Shown: positions 38,864 to 56,572, counted from the stretch's first letter. The stretch is DNA of 64,000 nt from Octopus vulgaris (GCA_951406725.2 OX597816.1:42656001-42720000); one strand, 5' to 3'. The notes: generated from the letters alone by a model not told the origin. Numbers and translations: made by a program.

Positions 38864-41846
38864 CTTTGAATGTGCGTGTGTTTTTGCATGTGGCTGCGTA
38901 TGTATGTGTGTGTATACACACTTACGTACATACACACATATACATACATACGGACATATCAGAATGCCTCTTTTCTCGGTTCATCATTCTCTTTTTAATC
39001 GAAAATGAATGGAACTAATGTGTAAGGACGAGGTGGAAATTGGTGTTTCTTTTGTGTTTTTGTAGTTTTAAGATACATATATATATATATTTTATTTTTT
39101 ATTTATTCTCACTCATGCAATCGATTAAATGAACATATCATTTGTTTGTTATTATTTTATTATTATCGTTATTACTGTTGTTATTGTCCTTTCATTTTCT
39201 ACTAGTTGATGCTGTAGTTGACAATTGCAAAGATGGCGTTTTCAATTTAGTGATGATGGTAAAACTATTGTTTGTTGCTGTCCTTTTAAAAATACCTATT
39301 GTCGAAGCGAAGAATCTGCATTTTGTTTCATGTGTGATAGTTGAATGTGATGTAAAAACAAGGTTCGGTCAGTTGATTCATTTTTATGTCTATCGATTAG
39401 TGGAGCTTACGCAATATACAGCGAATTTCACGTTATAAATTTTGCTTCACTGGTTTCCTTCCGAGAATGATGTATTTTCGTTTTGTTGTGTTTCCTATGA
39501 TTTTTTGCTTACTGCTTTTTAAGATTTGTGTTCCCTGCAAATACAAGTTCGCAAATGTTGGAAATGGCATTCACAAATAAGAAATAAATGTAAATCAAAA
39601 AATAGCACGCCACTTCAGCGTTGACATGATTTTCACTCAAAGCTGTATTCTACAGCTTTACGTTTATTGCTAGTTAAATTAATCTTCCCACGCCACGCTG
39701 TGTTCCGTAAGCTAGGTACTTATATTAAATTTCTGTAGCAGTAAGAAGATAGGAGACAAATCTCCAACTTATCCCAGAACAGGACACTAATCCATCACCA
39801 ATTAACGTTCTTAGTTCAACAAGGAAAATAAAAAGAAGACACTGAATGTGAGTTAAGTAATGGGAGAACGTAAAAGAGGGAGAGAGAAAGAGAGAGAGAG
39901 ACAAAATATGCATTAGATGAAGGAAAGAAAAAGAAGAAAAATGAAATGCGGTGAGAGTTAGAATACGAGCTGCGAGAAATATAGATTCAAAATGAGAAAT
40001 AAAGAAACAGGCTAGTAATTTTCCAACTAGATAATCCAAGGAGAAAATGAGAATAAAGTTAAGCGTCTTAACTAAAGACAGCATGCAACATCTGCTCTGA
40101 ATATAAAGTCATGTCCTGTAGTGACAATCAGTGTACATGAAAGGTTGAGTCAGCAGGTGAGGGCATAGAGAATCTGAATAATATAGATAATTACTTAAGC
40201 GAAAGGGAAATATACGTGGAAGTAAATAGAAACATGTAAACGAATAAGATATAAAAAAAATATTGCGAGAAGAGAGGTGGAGAGAGAGAAAGAATGAGAG
40301 AGTGATAGTGTCATTTCATATTCTTTACATAACACGAAACTACACGATTGTCATATGGAGTGAAGTGTCGCTGAATTCAGGATCAGTCCATGTATGGTTC
40401 ATGATTTTTCAGTCTAAGAGGATTGAAGTGTAGTCATACAGAACTTGGTATTTGTTGTGCCCATCCTTTAACTTCTGGTAATAAATGTGTTTTTATTCTC
40501 TTCGGGAATATCAGTACAAACTAAATGGTGTGAGCTGCTTATAAGTTGGATTAATTGGTTCAGCATACGCATTCTGTGTTCATGTATCTCTATACTGCAG
40601 ATCTAGTCATCCAGGAGTACATCATCTTTAACCCTAAACACTGTGAACCCATGACCACATTATACTGATTTAGCGCGATGTACATTCACATATATTGGGT
40701 GCTATTTCAGTTTAGTAACAGCCAGTCAGAAATAGCGCTAAGCAGAATTAAATCTTTTACTTCTTTTAGTAATGTATTCCTTCATATACTCCTAGGACAG
40801 ACTCAAAATACATTTTATCCCACAGTGAAAATAATGTCAAATAGAAATAAACTATTACTGATTGAATCAATTATGTTCCTGGCAGGTGGTCTTACAATTT
40901 GCAATACGTAAAACTTTCTGATAACAACATCGGTTTAAATATTTACACTCCATAAAAATTTTCTAAACAGAATATTACGCATGAATAGATATTTTTCATT
41001 CTCATACCAGATCTTATATTTAGGTATTTGTCATAAATATTGTCAAGATAAAATTTATTATATTTATAGCATGGATTATGAATCAGATGCATATAATGAA
41101 ATTTTCCAGCATCACATATCTGTACACATTTTATTACTATACCTATATTTGCATGTAAATTTCTGAGTGTGTTTTCATGTATCTTTTCATTAAATACATG
41201 ACTGTATTCAAGTTTTATTTTTCATATCTCATATGTTTCGTAATTCCTTTTTATTTCTTTACAGTTAGTGTACCTAAATTTATATTTGACCTTTCCAGAA
41301 CTTTACTGTCCTGTTTTCAACTATTGAATACATTCAGTGTCTGTTTCGTTTTTTATATACAAGTTACACTCATGGAGACTCTCCCTCCAAAGTATTTTTA
41401 AACATTAGGCTTCTTCATTTGTAATATTCTACTGGTGTGTTCGTGTTAGACGAATTGTTGCTGTCAGATTTTTATGTCAGTACACGAGTGCAAATGTTTC
41501 GACATGTGTGCTTGTGTATTTATTTTCGCATTATATAGTTATATGAGCATCGCCTTCATAATTAATCTTCTATTTCATGGGGAATTTTATAGAGCACGTA
41601 TGTACAATTTTCAAATACTTTTCTATCTAACATTGCTTAATGGACTACAGTATATATGTTTAACGATAGGTGGTTACTGTTAATGCCTGATGGCAATGTA
41701 ATAGAATGTCGAATGTAACTGTTAGAGTCTTGAAGTTTGCAAATTTCAGTATTATGTTCAAAGCTATAGATTAAATTATACATTCGTAGTTTGTTTACAT
41801 ATTTGTTTACATGTTTATTTACATATTTGTGATGTGATAGTTCATA

Positions 41847-41900
<54 letters not shown>

Positions 41901-41959
41901 CACATATATATATATGTATGTATGTATACATATATACATATATCAAACAGCACATACAT

Positions 41960-42530
41960 AATGGGTTGTCAGAAAACATCTCTTGACAATTCCATGTGCT
42001 TTAATACTTTTTCATCAAAATGTTTCAGAAATCAGTCGATTTACCTTCTTGTTCACGAATTCCTATCAATGTTCTACTAGCATGCCCATCATTTGAAGCT
42101 AACATTTCTGGCTCTTGCCTCAGAGAATCCATCGAAGAATGTTTTCAACTCGACGATGTAGTTACACAAAACCACTCGTGGATTGTTGAAGACATACTGA
42201 AAAAGCTAATGAACAGAAGGTCTCATATAAGAATTCAGCGAGTACATTAAAAGTGGTTTGCGCAGACCGTCATAGTTCTCATTGAAATTGAGCATGCCGG
42301 TTTGAACGCGGAAAATCTTTGAAGTCAAACGTCTCCTACTTGAAGTGGAAAACCAAGTAGGTGAAAATGTGTCAGTTATTGCTGGGTCTTTGGGGAAAGT
42401 GTCAGAAAGCATCAAGAGAAATATACAGTTAATTTATTGGAATGGAGCACCCAATAGAATCTTTTGTACGAGCAGAATCATCATATTACCTCAGTACCTA
42501 CGCCTTCTCCCAACACGGTTCAAGTGCCTC
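41960..42530 (+). mobile_element. Possible very decayed RLE LINE 3' fragment
   Basis: RRP./IVLIE and NVSVIAGSLGKVSESIK resemble the RLE RPDIV and VxPVxxGALG motifs. Confidence 0.3.
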
Positions 42531-43633
42531 TAAAGTCTTAGGCTGGTTTAGAACCTTGATTGATAGGGAAGAGTAGCAGGTGTCGAAAACGATAGTGTTT
42601 TTTCTACTTGAGACTCTATCGTCATATGGATAAGAAGAGGTAAAATGCATGTACATTCGACCCCCCACCACCAGCGCCTGACAAAATAAATCATTCCAGT
42701 AATATACTGGTACCATTGCGAAAGATTATATCTCCCAAATTTTTCCATTTGGATTTGTGCCAAATGTAATAAACTTTCTTTTAAACATTCGTCTAACCTG
42801 TAGTTATTTGTAGCTTTTTGAAAAGCATGCCAATTTAATTATAATTTTCTTGCCAAAATCTATTTTTCAATCAGCTCTTATTTTTCTTCGTTTGTATTAT
42901 TAATCATTTCCATACCTGTTGTTCTGCTCAGTTCTGATCTGTCTCTCTCGCGTTTTATTTCTCTACGAATATTTTCGTTCCTGTTTCTTTTAATACCCAT
43001 TTACTTCAAACTTCTAATTTTCCTCAATATTTTTTTTTTCTTTTATTGAAATCTCATATTTTCGTGTCTTACTTTTTTTCCAAATATATATCAAGAATTT
43101 ACGTATTTCTATTTTTTTCCATTGCAGGAAGTTATCTGCAGGATATGCACAGAGTGCCAGAATGTTCCGAGTTCGGTATAGCAATCATAGTATTTATTCA
43201 AGTTTGATGGAAGAATAATTATGATAACAAGCATTTCTTATATTGGCACAAGCACAGACATGTTGTGAAATAATAACTGTTTCTTACTCAGGCACAAAGC
43301 CAGCTGTTTTGGTAGTGGGGTTAGTCTATTATATCGACCAGAGTACTTGATATTTTATGTGAACGACCCTCGATAAGTGAAATTTAATGCAGACGTTAGC
43401 GTAATTTGAACACAAAACATACAAAGCTACAACAAATATCGCAAAACATTTCGTTAACAGCTCTGTTTATTTTTAATGCTACCAGTCCCTCTCCTTGATG
43501 AAACAGCAACAATAACAGCAATAATACTGTACAGCAGAACAAATGTGTAAGGAGAAGGGGGCTGCATGAAAAGAAAGAACCAGCTTCATACCGAAAGAAA
43601 ACTTGAAAGGAAACACCGACGACAAATTATATT

Positions 43634-43827
43634 CCTTTTTACTCTTTAACTTGTTTCAATCATTTGACTGCGGCCATGCTGGAGCACCGCCTTTAGTCGA
43701 GCAAATCGACCCCAGGACTTATTCTTTATAAGCCTAGTACTTATTCTATCGGTCTCTTTTGCCGAACCTCAAAAGTTACTGTGACGTAAACACTCCAGCA
43801 TCGGTTGTCACAAACATATACACAAAC

Positions 43828-43865
<38 letters not shown>

Positions 43866-43874
43866 TTATGTGTG

Positions 43875-43906
<32 letters not shown>

Positions 43907-44047
43907 ATACGGGCTTCTTTCAGTTTACGCCTACCAAATCCACTCACAAGGCTTTGGTTGGGCCGAGGCTATAGTAGAAGTCACTTGCCCAAGGTACCAC
44001 GCAGTGGGACTGAATCCGGAACCATGTAGTTCGTAAACAAGCTACTT
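43634..44047 (-). mobile_element. SINE family A (near full length)
   Basis: Same sequence as 1035-1442. Confidence 0.85.
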
Positions 44048-44367
44048 TATTTCATAATTTTTTCATATAGACAGTACAAAGAGCTTTGTGGGCTGGACAA
44101 ACACATTAATGAATGAAAATGAATTATAATGAATAGATGAGAGACGAAACCCAATACCCACCGATTGGATTTTTCTCGAAAACATATTTTCTTTTTTTTT
44201 TTAATCAATATAAGGTTTCAAGCCTTTTACAAGGAGGAAGCACTAAAACCTCTTACTTAACATATTTTCTTTTTTCTTTCTTAAAACACAAAATTGAGGT
44301 TATAAACCACTACAAAATAGTCCAATAAGGTGAGGTTTCAAACTCTGTAACGAGGGTCTTTCACCTC

Positions 44368-44598
44368 CTACTCTTCGATATATCTATCGATATATTCATC
44401 ATTATCTTCAATGCCGCTTGAGTTCCTGTATCCCGGCATTTCCCATGCCTCACTCATGTAGGACATGTAAGTCGTGTAACGGCCACCCGGCCATATGCGA
44501 CACTCCTCCCCAAATCCTTTAAATCTTCCCCACAAAGGAAAACTTATGACCTCCACAGCTATCTGCGGAGGCCATTCGACCAAATGTTTTGAAACCAC
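44368..44598 (-). CDS. Candidate terminal coding exon of an unidentified host gene
   Basis: Non-repetitive segment with raised GC. A 76-codon open frame begins exactly after attAG, and ATTAAA plus an A-run lies about 165 nt past the stop. Product not recognised. Confidence 0.3.
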   Translation of the reverse strand: MVSKHLVEWPPQIAVEVISFPLWGRFKGFGEECRIWPGGRYTTYMSYMSEAWEMPGYRNSSGIEDNDEYIDRYIEE

Positions 44599-44949
44599 CT
44601 AATATGATACGCAATATAGCAGGTATAACAGCAGAGGATGTATACTAACATCGATATTTGAAACACAATATCTGATAAACAGAACGGTCGCTGAATAAGC
44701 AACACGCGAGGGTAAACCAATGAATGATCAACAAGGTGTTTTCCAAGATTAGCAGAGACTTACCAATATATGCACCCTGTAGAATGATTATATAAAAGTT
44801 AAAATTGTAACTGCTTTCTTATTAAATATGGATAAGTTTCTAACTCTTTGAGAGTGATTCAATGAGTATAGTTTTATTTTGTTGTGGATGTTGTTATTTT
44901 CCCTAGTTCTATTCTTTGCTGTATCTAACGAATTTACCTATAAATACTC

Positions 44950-45985
44950 GGTTAAAATTTTTACACAAGACCAGTGTTTAACTGACACGTATTTTACTGA
45001 TCCTGAACGGATAAATGGTAAAGCTGATCTCGAGTGAATCTGAACTCATTACGTAAGAAACAAGTAAATGCCGCTACGTATTTTGCCCGGCGGTTTTGTA
45101 AGCTAGTCACCTTAATTTGTCGATGAATATTAGTTTTAAATTTGAGCGCAAGTCCAGCAATTTTAGTGAACAGGGCTAGTGCTCAACCGGTGCTTATTTT
45201 ATCGATTTTGAAATGATGAAAGGCAAAGCCGACATCGGTGGAATTACAACTCAGAACGTAAAGACGGACGACCAAATATTTTGCCAGGCATGCTATCGAT
45301 TCTGCCAACTCGCCACCTTCTTTACCGATTAATATTGATAACGGTTTTCTCAAAGGATGTCTTTATTTTATATTTTCTTAATTCAAAATGTTTGCATTCT
45401 AAGTTGTATCTTATTTTCGTTACTGACCATTGATGTTGCGTCCATTGCAGTTAACTAGTTCTATGCTTATAAAAATGTTCAAATTACATATACACAAGGT
45501 AAATATCTCACATTGGAGGGTCACATGCAAATAGTTATTATATAAAAGAAACTGTTATCTTCATCATGATCATGATCATGATCATGAACATCATCATCAT
45601 CCTATCCTAGAGTCGCCAATCTGCGGAGCTTAAATCGCGCCGAGATCAGCTTTGCCTTCCATCCTATCTACGTCGAGTAAATAAAGTACCTGCTGAAATA
45701 TGTGGTAGATGTAATCGACTAATCCCTCCCTACAAAATTTGAAAACAACGTTATTATTCATATTAACTTTAATAATAATAATGATAATCATCTTTCGTGC
45801 TATAGACAGAAGACTTTAAATTTTGAATTACCCCCGGCGGGCGCTTAACTGGTACTCAATTTCTCGACCCTAAAGTCATGAAAGGCAAATCATTCTTAGC
45901 GAAATTTGAACCCAGAACACAAAGCGTAGGAAGAAATGTTGCAATGCATTTTGTCCGGCGTTTTCATAATTTTTTCGACTCAGTA
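44950..45985. mobile_element. Cluster of diverged SINE family B copies
   Basis: gatgaaaggcaaagccgacatcggtggaatt (-), gctttgccttccatcct..gtcgagtaaataaagtacc (+), atgaaaggcaaa..gaaatttgaacccagaac (-). Confidence 0.6.
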
Positions 45986-46015
45986 TCTTAATATTACTAC
46001 TGCTACTACTACTAC

Positions 46016-46593
46016 AAAGTAGTCCAAAACCTCCACTGGCGACTATGCTGTAAGTATAGATATAAGGTTACTGGTGCTTGGTACAAACATAGACTGGAAA
46101 AGTTTATGGACGGAAAGGGGAAGGAAAAACACCTTTGGGACTTTGATTTCCAGACAGACAAAGCGTTATAGCACCGAAGGCCGAACATAGTTACCTTTAG
46201 GAGGGACAAACAAGAGTGCCTAATAATCGATGTAGCAGTGCCAGGAGATCAACATATCATCATGAAAGAAAGAGAAAAAGTTGATAAATATGGAGAACCG
46301 AGGATTGAGAACGCTAAGATGTGGCAGGTACGAAGTCGAACATAAAGGTTATCCCAACTGTCATTGGAGTATTGGGTTCATTATCACCCTATCTCAAAAA
46401 ACATCTGAAAACCTTAGAGATACCCTACAGTCTAGAAGTATTACAACAGTCAGCATTACTTGAAACTGCTCGCATATTGCGTAAACTACGGTCTGTCTGA
46501 GGTCCTTGTTGTGACTTGACAAACTGTACAAACCCCCGGTAGACACATTATCTTCAATCAACAACCTCACAACATTGTATACTGTAAGACATT

Positions 46594-46632
<39 letters not shown>
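46016..46632 (+). mobile_element. 5'-truncated R4/Dong-like LINE: RLE endonuclease domain plus 3' UTR with (TAA)n tail
   Basis: LHWRLC..WYKH..LWDFDFQTDKAL*HRRPNIV..CLIIDVAVPGD..EKVDKY..KMW / IKVIPTVIGVLG / LQQSALLETARILRK. Confidence 0.9.
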
Positions 46633-49190
46633 TTGTAATGAACCTGATAAAGATAATGAGGAAATAATTGCGATCAGGCACGCAGCGGAAAATTAGCTAA
46701 ATATAAGACAGAAAGGAAATGAAGAACCAGACAAAGATAGCAACTCTCCACGAGAACACGCAAACGTCAGGAGAAATAAATTTTAATGATCCTGATAAAG
46801 ATGACGAGGAAATATTTGAAGACTACACATTTATTGAAGAACATAGAAAGTTTATGATATAATTGAAGCAGAATTTCCTGAATAAGCTTGCAGTTGTAAG
46901 ACACATCAACATGCATGATAGAGAACCATTTCATAAGCTCTGAAATGCAATCCTTAATAGAAAACAAATTAAAATTTGAAACTACGTAACAAAGGAAATT
47001 AGACAAGAACTAAAACCAGATCTCACTGAATTAAATGAAATTATTTACGCAGCTGCTAAGACAATTGAAACCAGTTGTATGCCTCTTTAAAGCAAAGCAA
47101 TACAAATCTGAGACGAATTCCAAACTGGAAAGGTAAAATCGAAAAAGAGATTGAAATAATGAGAGGTGAAATATCAATATTGAAGGAACTAATCTGTGGA
47201 AGCGATGTAAAAACCAGGAAAGGAAGAAGGATGAAGAGAAAATATAGATTCTCACCAAAAGATGAACAGCTTTCAACAAAAGAAACACTGCAGCAGAAAA
47301 TCGAAGCAAAAGCTCAAACAATACGACGTTTTGAGAAATGAAACAATTATTTTCAAGCAAAATAAGCTTTACACATCTAATCCGAAAACATTCTACAGAG
47401 AAATAGGGAAGGAGAAAGTAAAAGTTGAAGATCCTGCTGCCATGGAAGAGGTTTCCAAGAGGTTGAAAACTTCTGGGAAAATATCTGGAGAGATGAAAAG
47501 ACTTACAATGAAAATGCAGACTAGATTAGACGCACGGAAGGATCCTGCCAAAACTTACCAGAACAAGCATGGTGGACATCACAATAGCAGACTTAAGAAT
47601 GACACACGCGATGGCTTATAGGTAGAAATCTCCTGGTAATAATAGGGTGCTAAATTTCTGTCTCGCCTCACTCCCATGCACACACGAGAAGTCCCGTTAT
47701 TCAATGAAATTATGAGAGATCCTACGAAAACACCTGATTGATTAGCAAGAGGTTTTACTTGCCTTCCCCCGAAGAATAATGAAACCAAATTTCCCCAATA
47801 CTAACGCTCCATAACATGTCTGTCTGCTACGCACAAAATTTTTATGTCCATCCTAGTGGAGAAAACATACAAATTTAAGGAACAGAACAATTTTGTCTCG
47901 CTGAAGAAAAAAGGTTGCCGATGAGGCTCATATGGATGCAAAAACCAACTTTTATTCAATCCCATGATTCTTGAGAACTGTCATAACAATCGAAGAAATC
48001 TCAGTTCTACATCGATTGATCATAAAAAGGCATTCGGCAGCATACTGATCTCATGGATCTTGAAGTCGGTGGATACCTTCAAACTTTCTCCTGTCATTTC
48101 AAACTTCATGAAGCATAGATCAATGTGGAATACGAATCTCCAACTATACCAGTCTAATGGAGTACTACCCACAAAAAAGTATTTATATCAACTGCGGCAT
48201 TTTCCAAGGTGACTCACTTTCATTTTTAGTTTTCTGCATAGCCCCGTACAAAAGAACTTAAACGAACAGGCTGTGGATATAAAATTGGTGACATATAAAT
48301 AAGTCATCTATTTTATATGGAAGACTTAAAACTCTCTGCCAAAAATGATAATGAGCTTCAAGGACAACTACGTATTGTGAAAGCATTCAGTAATGATACT
48401 GGGTGGAAATTTGGTCTTGACAAATGTGCCAAGGCTACTTTCCAAAAAAAGGAAACTGAAGATCTCACCTTCAGTGGAGTTGGATGTTGACACAGTCATA
48501 AAAGGACTCGTTCAGGAACAAACTTACAAGGAAGTGATGAATAAATGAGGGCTCTGGCATTCAATATGTAAGTATGAAATAGAAGGTCAGGAAGGGGTTT
48601 TACATGTGATTTCGAGCAGTCCTAAAAACCGAGTTAAATGAGACAAACAAGGGGTTAGATATAAATTTTTTAGCAGTTACGGTTGTTATTTACAGTTTCA
48701 TTGATTTGAAGTGGAATATGAGCGAAATAACGAAGATTGACAGGAAAATTTATAAGCTGCTGACTTGCAATAAAATGCGCCATCCAGATGCAGACGCAGA
48801 TCGTCTTCACCTACCCAGAGCTCAAGAAGGTCGCGGCTTGATCTAATTTGAAATTTCCTTCAAAACCACCACAACATCTAGCGACTAGATGCTGAACCTC
48901 GTTGAAAATTATAAAAGACGTAAGAAGCTGCATTCTGTTACGAAGGAGAGCAAAATATTTTCAAGTGAGTTTATGCATAATACCCAGGTTGAACAGCATG
49001 ATGAATTGCAGCAACTGTAGTTACAAAGGCCGTTAAATGAATAGCAAAGCAAGATGCGTTTGAACAATTGGCTGATAGGTGGGCACAAAAACACCGGTAT
49101 GGCCCGTAGCAAGCAAACTGATGGAGACCAGATGAACACTCATCAGTGGCTGCGGGGCTCAGGACTAAAGGCAGAGAGTGAAAGCTTTCT
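46633..49190 (+). mobile_element. Decayed R4/Dong-like LINE: N-terminal region and reverse transcriptase
   Basis: LQQKIEAKAQTIRRFEK; QNKLYTSNPKTFY; ENFWENIW; SITCLS; GSYGCKNQLL; IDHKKAFGS..SWIL; GIFQGDSL; SHLFYMEDLKL; FGLDKCAK; ends at HQWLRGSGLKAESE. Confidence 0.88.
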
Positions 49191-50093
49191 CGAACGATTC
49201 TTTTAATTCACCATTCATATTGTTTTAAAGACATTTCATGGTCCCTTAACCACCATCCCTACTGATACTGAAGTAAATATGTTTGCATGAAATGCTACAA
49301 TGTTAACATTATTCTTCAGGGATTGTGTGAGCATTGAATTGCCGTAATTTGGATCTGTCGAATAAATTGTAGGAATTAATGATATCACTAAATTTTCAGT
49401 ATGTATTCAATGACTTTTGTAACATCCAGTCTCCTAGAAACCAAGTATATAACTATTTTACATGCACTGACCCAGTATTTGCCTGACTTTCTTAAGGGAA
49501 TTTCCATAAATTACGTTTACGGTTTCAAAATATGCAAAAAAATGAAAAATAGGGATAACTATTGGAAAACATAGACAAATATATAAAGTTTTATTAGGAA
49601 AATTATAACCCCTCCATATAGGTTCCACTGGTTGCACGCAAGTTGACCGATAAATGTCAAATTTAGTATATATAATGAATTGCGAAAGTTGTAGAGATAA
49701 TTTATGAACGCTATATTATCAAATGGAAAAGGACGAGATGCACATTTGACACAAGAGGGATATAATATCAACGTATTAACGGCCAGAACAAATACGCAAG
49801 GAATTCTTTTTCTTTTTTACATACCCAAGAGATAAGCGCCAAAGGAGGTTCGGTTTTTTCATTCATTACATACAGTTTATATTATTTAGGTATTCTATCT
49901 CATTCAATATATATTGTGCAACGATGCACACTATCACACCAGCTAGAACGCACACATGCTTATAATCATAGACAAATGTGTATTTGCATGCACGTGCCTT
50001 AGCGTGACCACTCTTATATATGTGCAGATTACCTTATGTCCTGGTACATGAGCAAGTGCACGTAATTGGCTCCAACACACAAACATTCAATTC

Positions 50094-50124
<31 letters not shown>

Positions 50125-50194
50125 GTGTGTGCGTGCGCATGTGTGTGTGTATAGTATACATATATATATATATATATATAGATACATGCATATA

Positions 50195-50243
<49 letters not shown>

Positions 50244-50990
50244 TATATATGATGTATATGTATACATATATACATATGCATAGGGAGAGAGAGAGAGAAA
50301 TATTTAGAGATAGATACCCACACATTTCGGCGCACAAGGACGAACACAAGCACACACACACACACACATGCATATATACTTGAATGAATAGATGCAAACA
50401 TGTAAGCATACAACATATGTGAATACTACATATGCATATCTCTTCAATCGTCCGCAAATGAAGTATAAATATTTGAGATAGTTGATCATACTCGTTTCTG
50501 CGCACGTGCCCACCGCAATATTTACGCGTAGGCATGTTTAAGATGAAAAATAGCAACAATTAGTGTGGTCACATTTTAGGATTCCGCTCATTCAATCTCT
50601 CAATAGACCATTTACCTAACTTTGGTAAATGCCAAATATTAACCAAATAGCGCAAGTATTTTCGCGAAGTGGACAAAGGCGATTAGCGTTATATGAATGC
50701 ACTCCATTAGGAAATGAGAATCCGACATAAAATTCGTAAAATGAAGCATGGTTCTCACAGCTCTGGTCTGGCCTGCATTGTAACTAAGTAATTCATGTCA
50801 CATTATGGAATACTAGCCTTTTCCTTCAAGAGAGAAAACTGTTATGAAATACAAAATAATGAGATACTGACCTAGCATATAATATGCTTGAATACATTTT
50901 GAATGCACATATTCATATAAACACACACACACACACTCACACACACACTTACACACGCATATGTATATATATATACATTCATGCATACTT

Positions 50991-51024
<34 letters not shown>

Positions 51025-51033
51025 TCATATATA

Positions 51034-53723
<2,690 letters not shown>

Positions 53724-54004
53724 TGTGTAAATGTATGTTACATATAGAGGACACACAGACACACAGACAGAGAAAAAAATAGAGACACGCAGAACGATAT
53801 ATTTGCTTCACCTACGCATAATCTGCGAGGTATTTTGTAATTTGTTTTCATTTTTGTTCTTTACTATACATTTCGAGTAGGACATAATTGGCTACACAGA
53901 ATTCGCAACCATCTTCGATATTCATACAGTGTTAAAAGGCGACCGATATAATTTAACCATTTAACTGCCGACTGTATCGCAGTGCCAAGGCTGTATGCAG
54001 AAAC

Positions 54005-54060
<56 letters not shown>

Positions 54061-54303
54061 ACACCACACATACATATACATGTATGCATACATATATATA
54101 TACACACATACAGACATACGCATGCACGCACACATGCACACATACACACACACACACACATGCACATAAAGTTAATACGAATATTGTGAAAGCATATAAT
54201 ACAAGTTTTTCTGATCCTTATACATATATACATACAGACAGACAGATGGACAGATAGACAGACAGATAAACAGACAGAGATGTAGACAGACAGACACGCA
54301 CAC

Positions 54304-54376
<73 letters not shown>

Positions 54377-54377
<1 letters not shown>

Positions 54378-54558
54378 ACGTTAGCATGCTACGTTCAAAT
54401 TCCGCCGAGGTCGAATTTGCCTTTCATCCTTTCGGGGTCGATTAAATAAGTACCAGTTACACACTGGGGTTGACGAAATCGGCTTAATCCCTTTGTTTGT
54501 CCTTGTTTGTCCCCCTCTATGTCCTTGTTTGTGCCCCTTGTGGATAATAAAGAAATAA
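54377..54558 (+). mobile_element. SINE family B unit after (GATA)n
   Basis: ttcaaattccgccgaggtcgaatttgcctttcatcctttcggggtcgattaaataagtaccag. Confidence 0.8.
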
Positions 54559-54914
54559 GATAGACAGATAGATGAATAGATAGATAGGCAAATATGTATA
54601 ACAACATGTGCAAGAATGAAGAAAATCATATCATTAGTTGATGATTACACCATATATAACCGGGTATCGGTTCTATTGTGCCAGCATAGTTAGCTACAGA
54701 AAAAAATGCACAAATCAATATAGGAATGTTTATCTGACATAATGTTATCGAGGTAATCCAAACAGGCTAAATTCGAAGTGAACTGAGATAATTTGTGAAG
54801 CGCAATGAACGCTTGTACAATGAACTTTAAGAATAATGCAGATACTATGGACATTAAGAAGAAACTTAATATTCTAGGAAAATCTCACTTGTGTTTAACT
54901 TACGATTACTTCAG

Positions 54915-55140
54915 TACTCTCTTTTAATCTTTTACTCTTCTACTTGTTTCAGTCATTTGACTGTGGCCATGTTGGAGCACCGCCTTTTTTTAGTCGGGCA
55001 AATCGACCCCAGGACTTATACTTTGTAAGCCTAGTACTTATTCTATCGGTTTCTTTAGCCGAACCGCTAAGTAACGGGGGCATAAACAAACTAGTATCGG
55101 TTGTCAAGCGATGTTGGTGGGGGGGAGCAAACACAAACAC
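54915..55140 (-). mobile_element. SINE family A, 3' half
   Basis: cttgtttcagtcatttgactgtggccatgttggagcaccgcc...aagcctagtacttattctatcgg. Confidence 0.8.
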
Positions 55141-55176
55141 ATGAACATACACACATACATACATACATATACACAA

Positions 55177-55237
<61 letters not shown>

Positions 55238-55929
55238 CGAGCAGACTATCCAGATGGAAATTCACGCGCACCCAAACACACGCATGCGCCCACGGAGCCC
55301 CGCCACATGCACATAAGGAATAATACACATACGCATGTATTGTATAAATATATTTGTATGTTTATGAATACATACGAGCAAAACGCCCTCTGTCCAATAG
55401 ACGGTGCTGAGTTGTCAAACATTTAAACCAACTTTTCTCAAAACAACTTGTCTAACCGTCCCATAGGTCTCCCTTTTGAGAAACACTGATTTAACCTAAA
55501 TTTGAGACACCAGCAAAAGAAGAAATAAAGATAGACTTCTTTTCTATTCCAAAGAAAAACGTTTTTATTCTCACAAATATGCAACCGAAGAGTTTAAAGT
55601 ATCAGTAATGATAAGGCTGTTGACTGGGAGAACACAAACATGGTTTAAACAATACGCTTGGTACGAAAGAAACGTGCCTTTAAGCAGTACAAAAACAGCA
55701 AAAAATGGAGGGTGCAGTTATGTACAGGTTGACGGAAGAAAAGCAGGTCTAAAAACATGCATGCAAATGGGTTAGCTGGAGCTAAATCTAGATGGAAGAA
55801 CATGATGAACTTATGAGAACATACCTGGGACAATAATAAGTTAGTCCGATAAAACATGTAGGAAATCAACTTGGGGTGATTTTTTATGAAAGGCAACAAC
55901 CTTGGGAACTAAGTAACTAATTTTAAGCT

Positions 55930-56235
55930 AACTTATTTTACGGCATGTTCGAGGCATGGAAAAGCTAGTGGAGCGCAGCCTTGTAAACCACATTCCTGAT
56001 GCACTTGCGCGTACAATTGCACGCTTCCACAGCTTTATCGATCGCATTCTCACATGGAATCGATTTTTGTAATTTTTTGAAAACTTATGCTCGCCCTGAT
56101 ACCGTAGGCATCTACATACCGAATTTTAGCGCAATTGGATGGAGGATGCCCGAGAACCTAGAAGACAACACAGACAGAGAGAGAGAAGGAGAGAGCGAGA
56201 GAGGGAAGATAGATAGATATACATCATTTACACTT
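55930..56235. mobile_element. Possible non-autonomous Helitron remnants
   Basis: Hairpin catgtt-cga-ggcatg followed by gaaaagCTAG|T at about 55968, then ccgaattttagcgcaattgg...acacagacag, which resembles Helitron 5' subterminal sequence. Confidence 0.3.
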
Positions 56236-56496
56236 CTTTAGTCACTTGAATGTGGCTACAGTGGGCTACATCCAAATAGAGTTTACTCTAAGAAATCAAA
56301 CCCAGTACATATTTTTTAAAACCTGGACATATTCTATCGGTTATTAAACATTTTTATTTCATGAAGTTTTTCTTGTGCATTTAATAGAATGTTGTGCGTA
56401 TATGTCTACATCCATCTATATATGTATACATTGTATGCTTATATACACACGTAGATACTCTCGTCTTTGTATATGATCATTCACACGCATACACAC

Positions 56497-56572
<76 letters not shown>

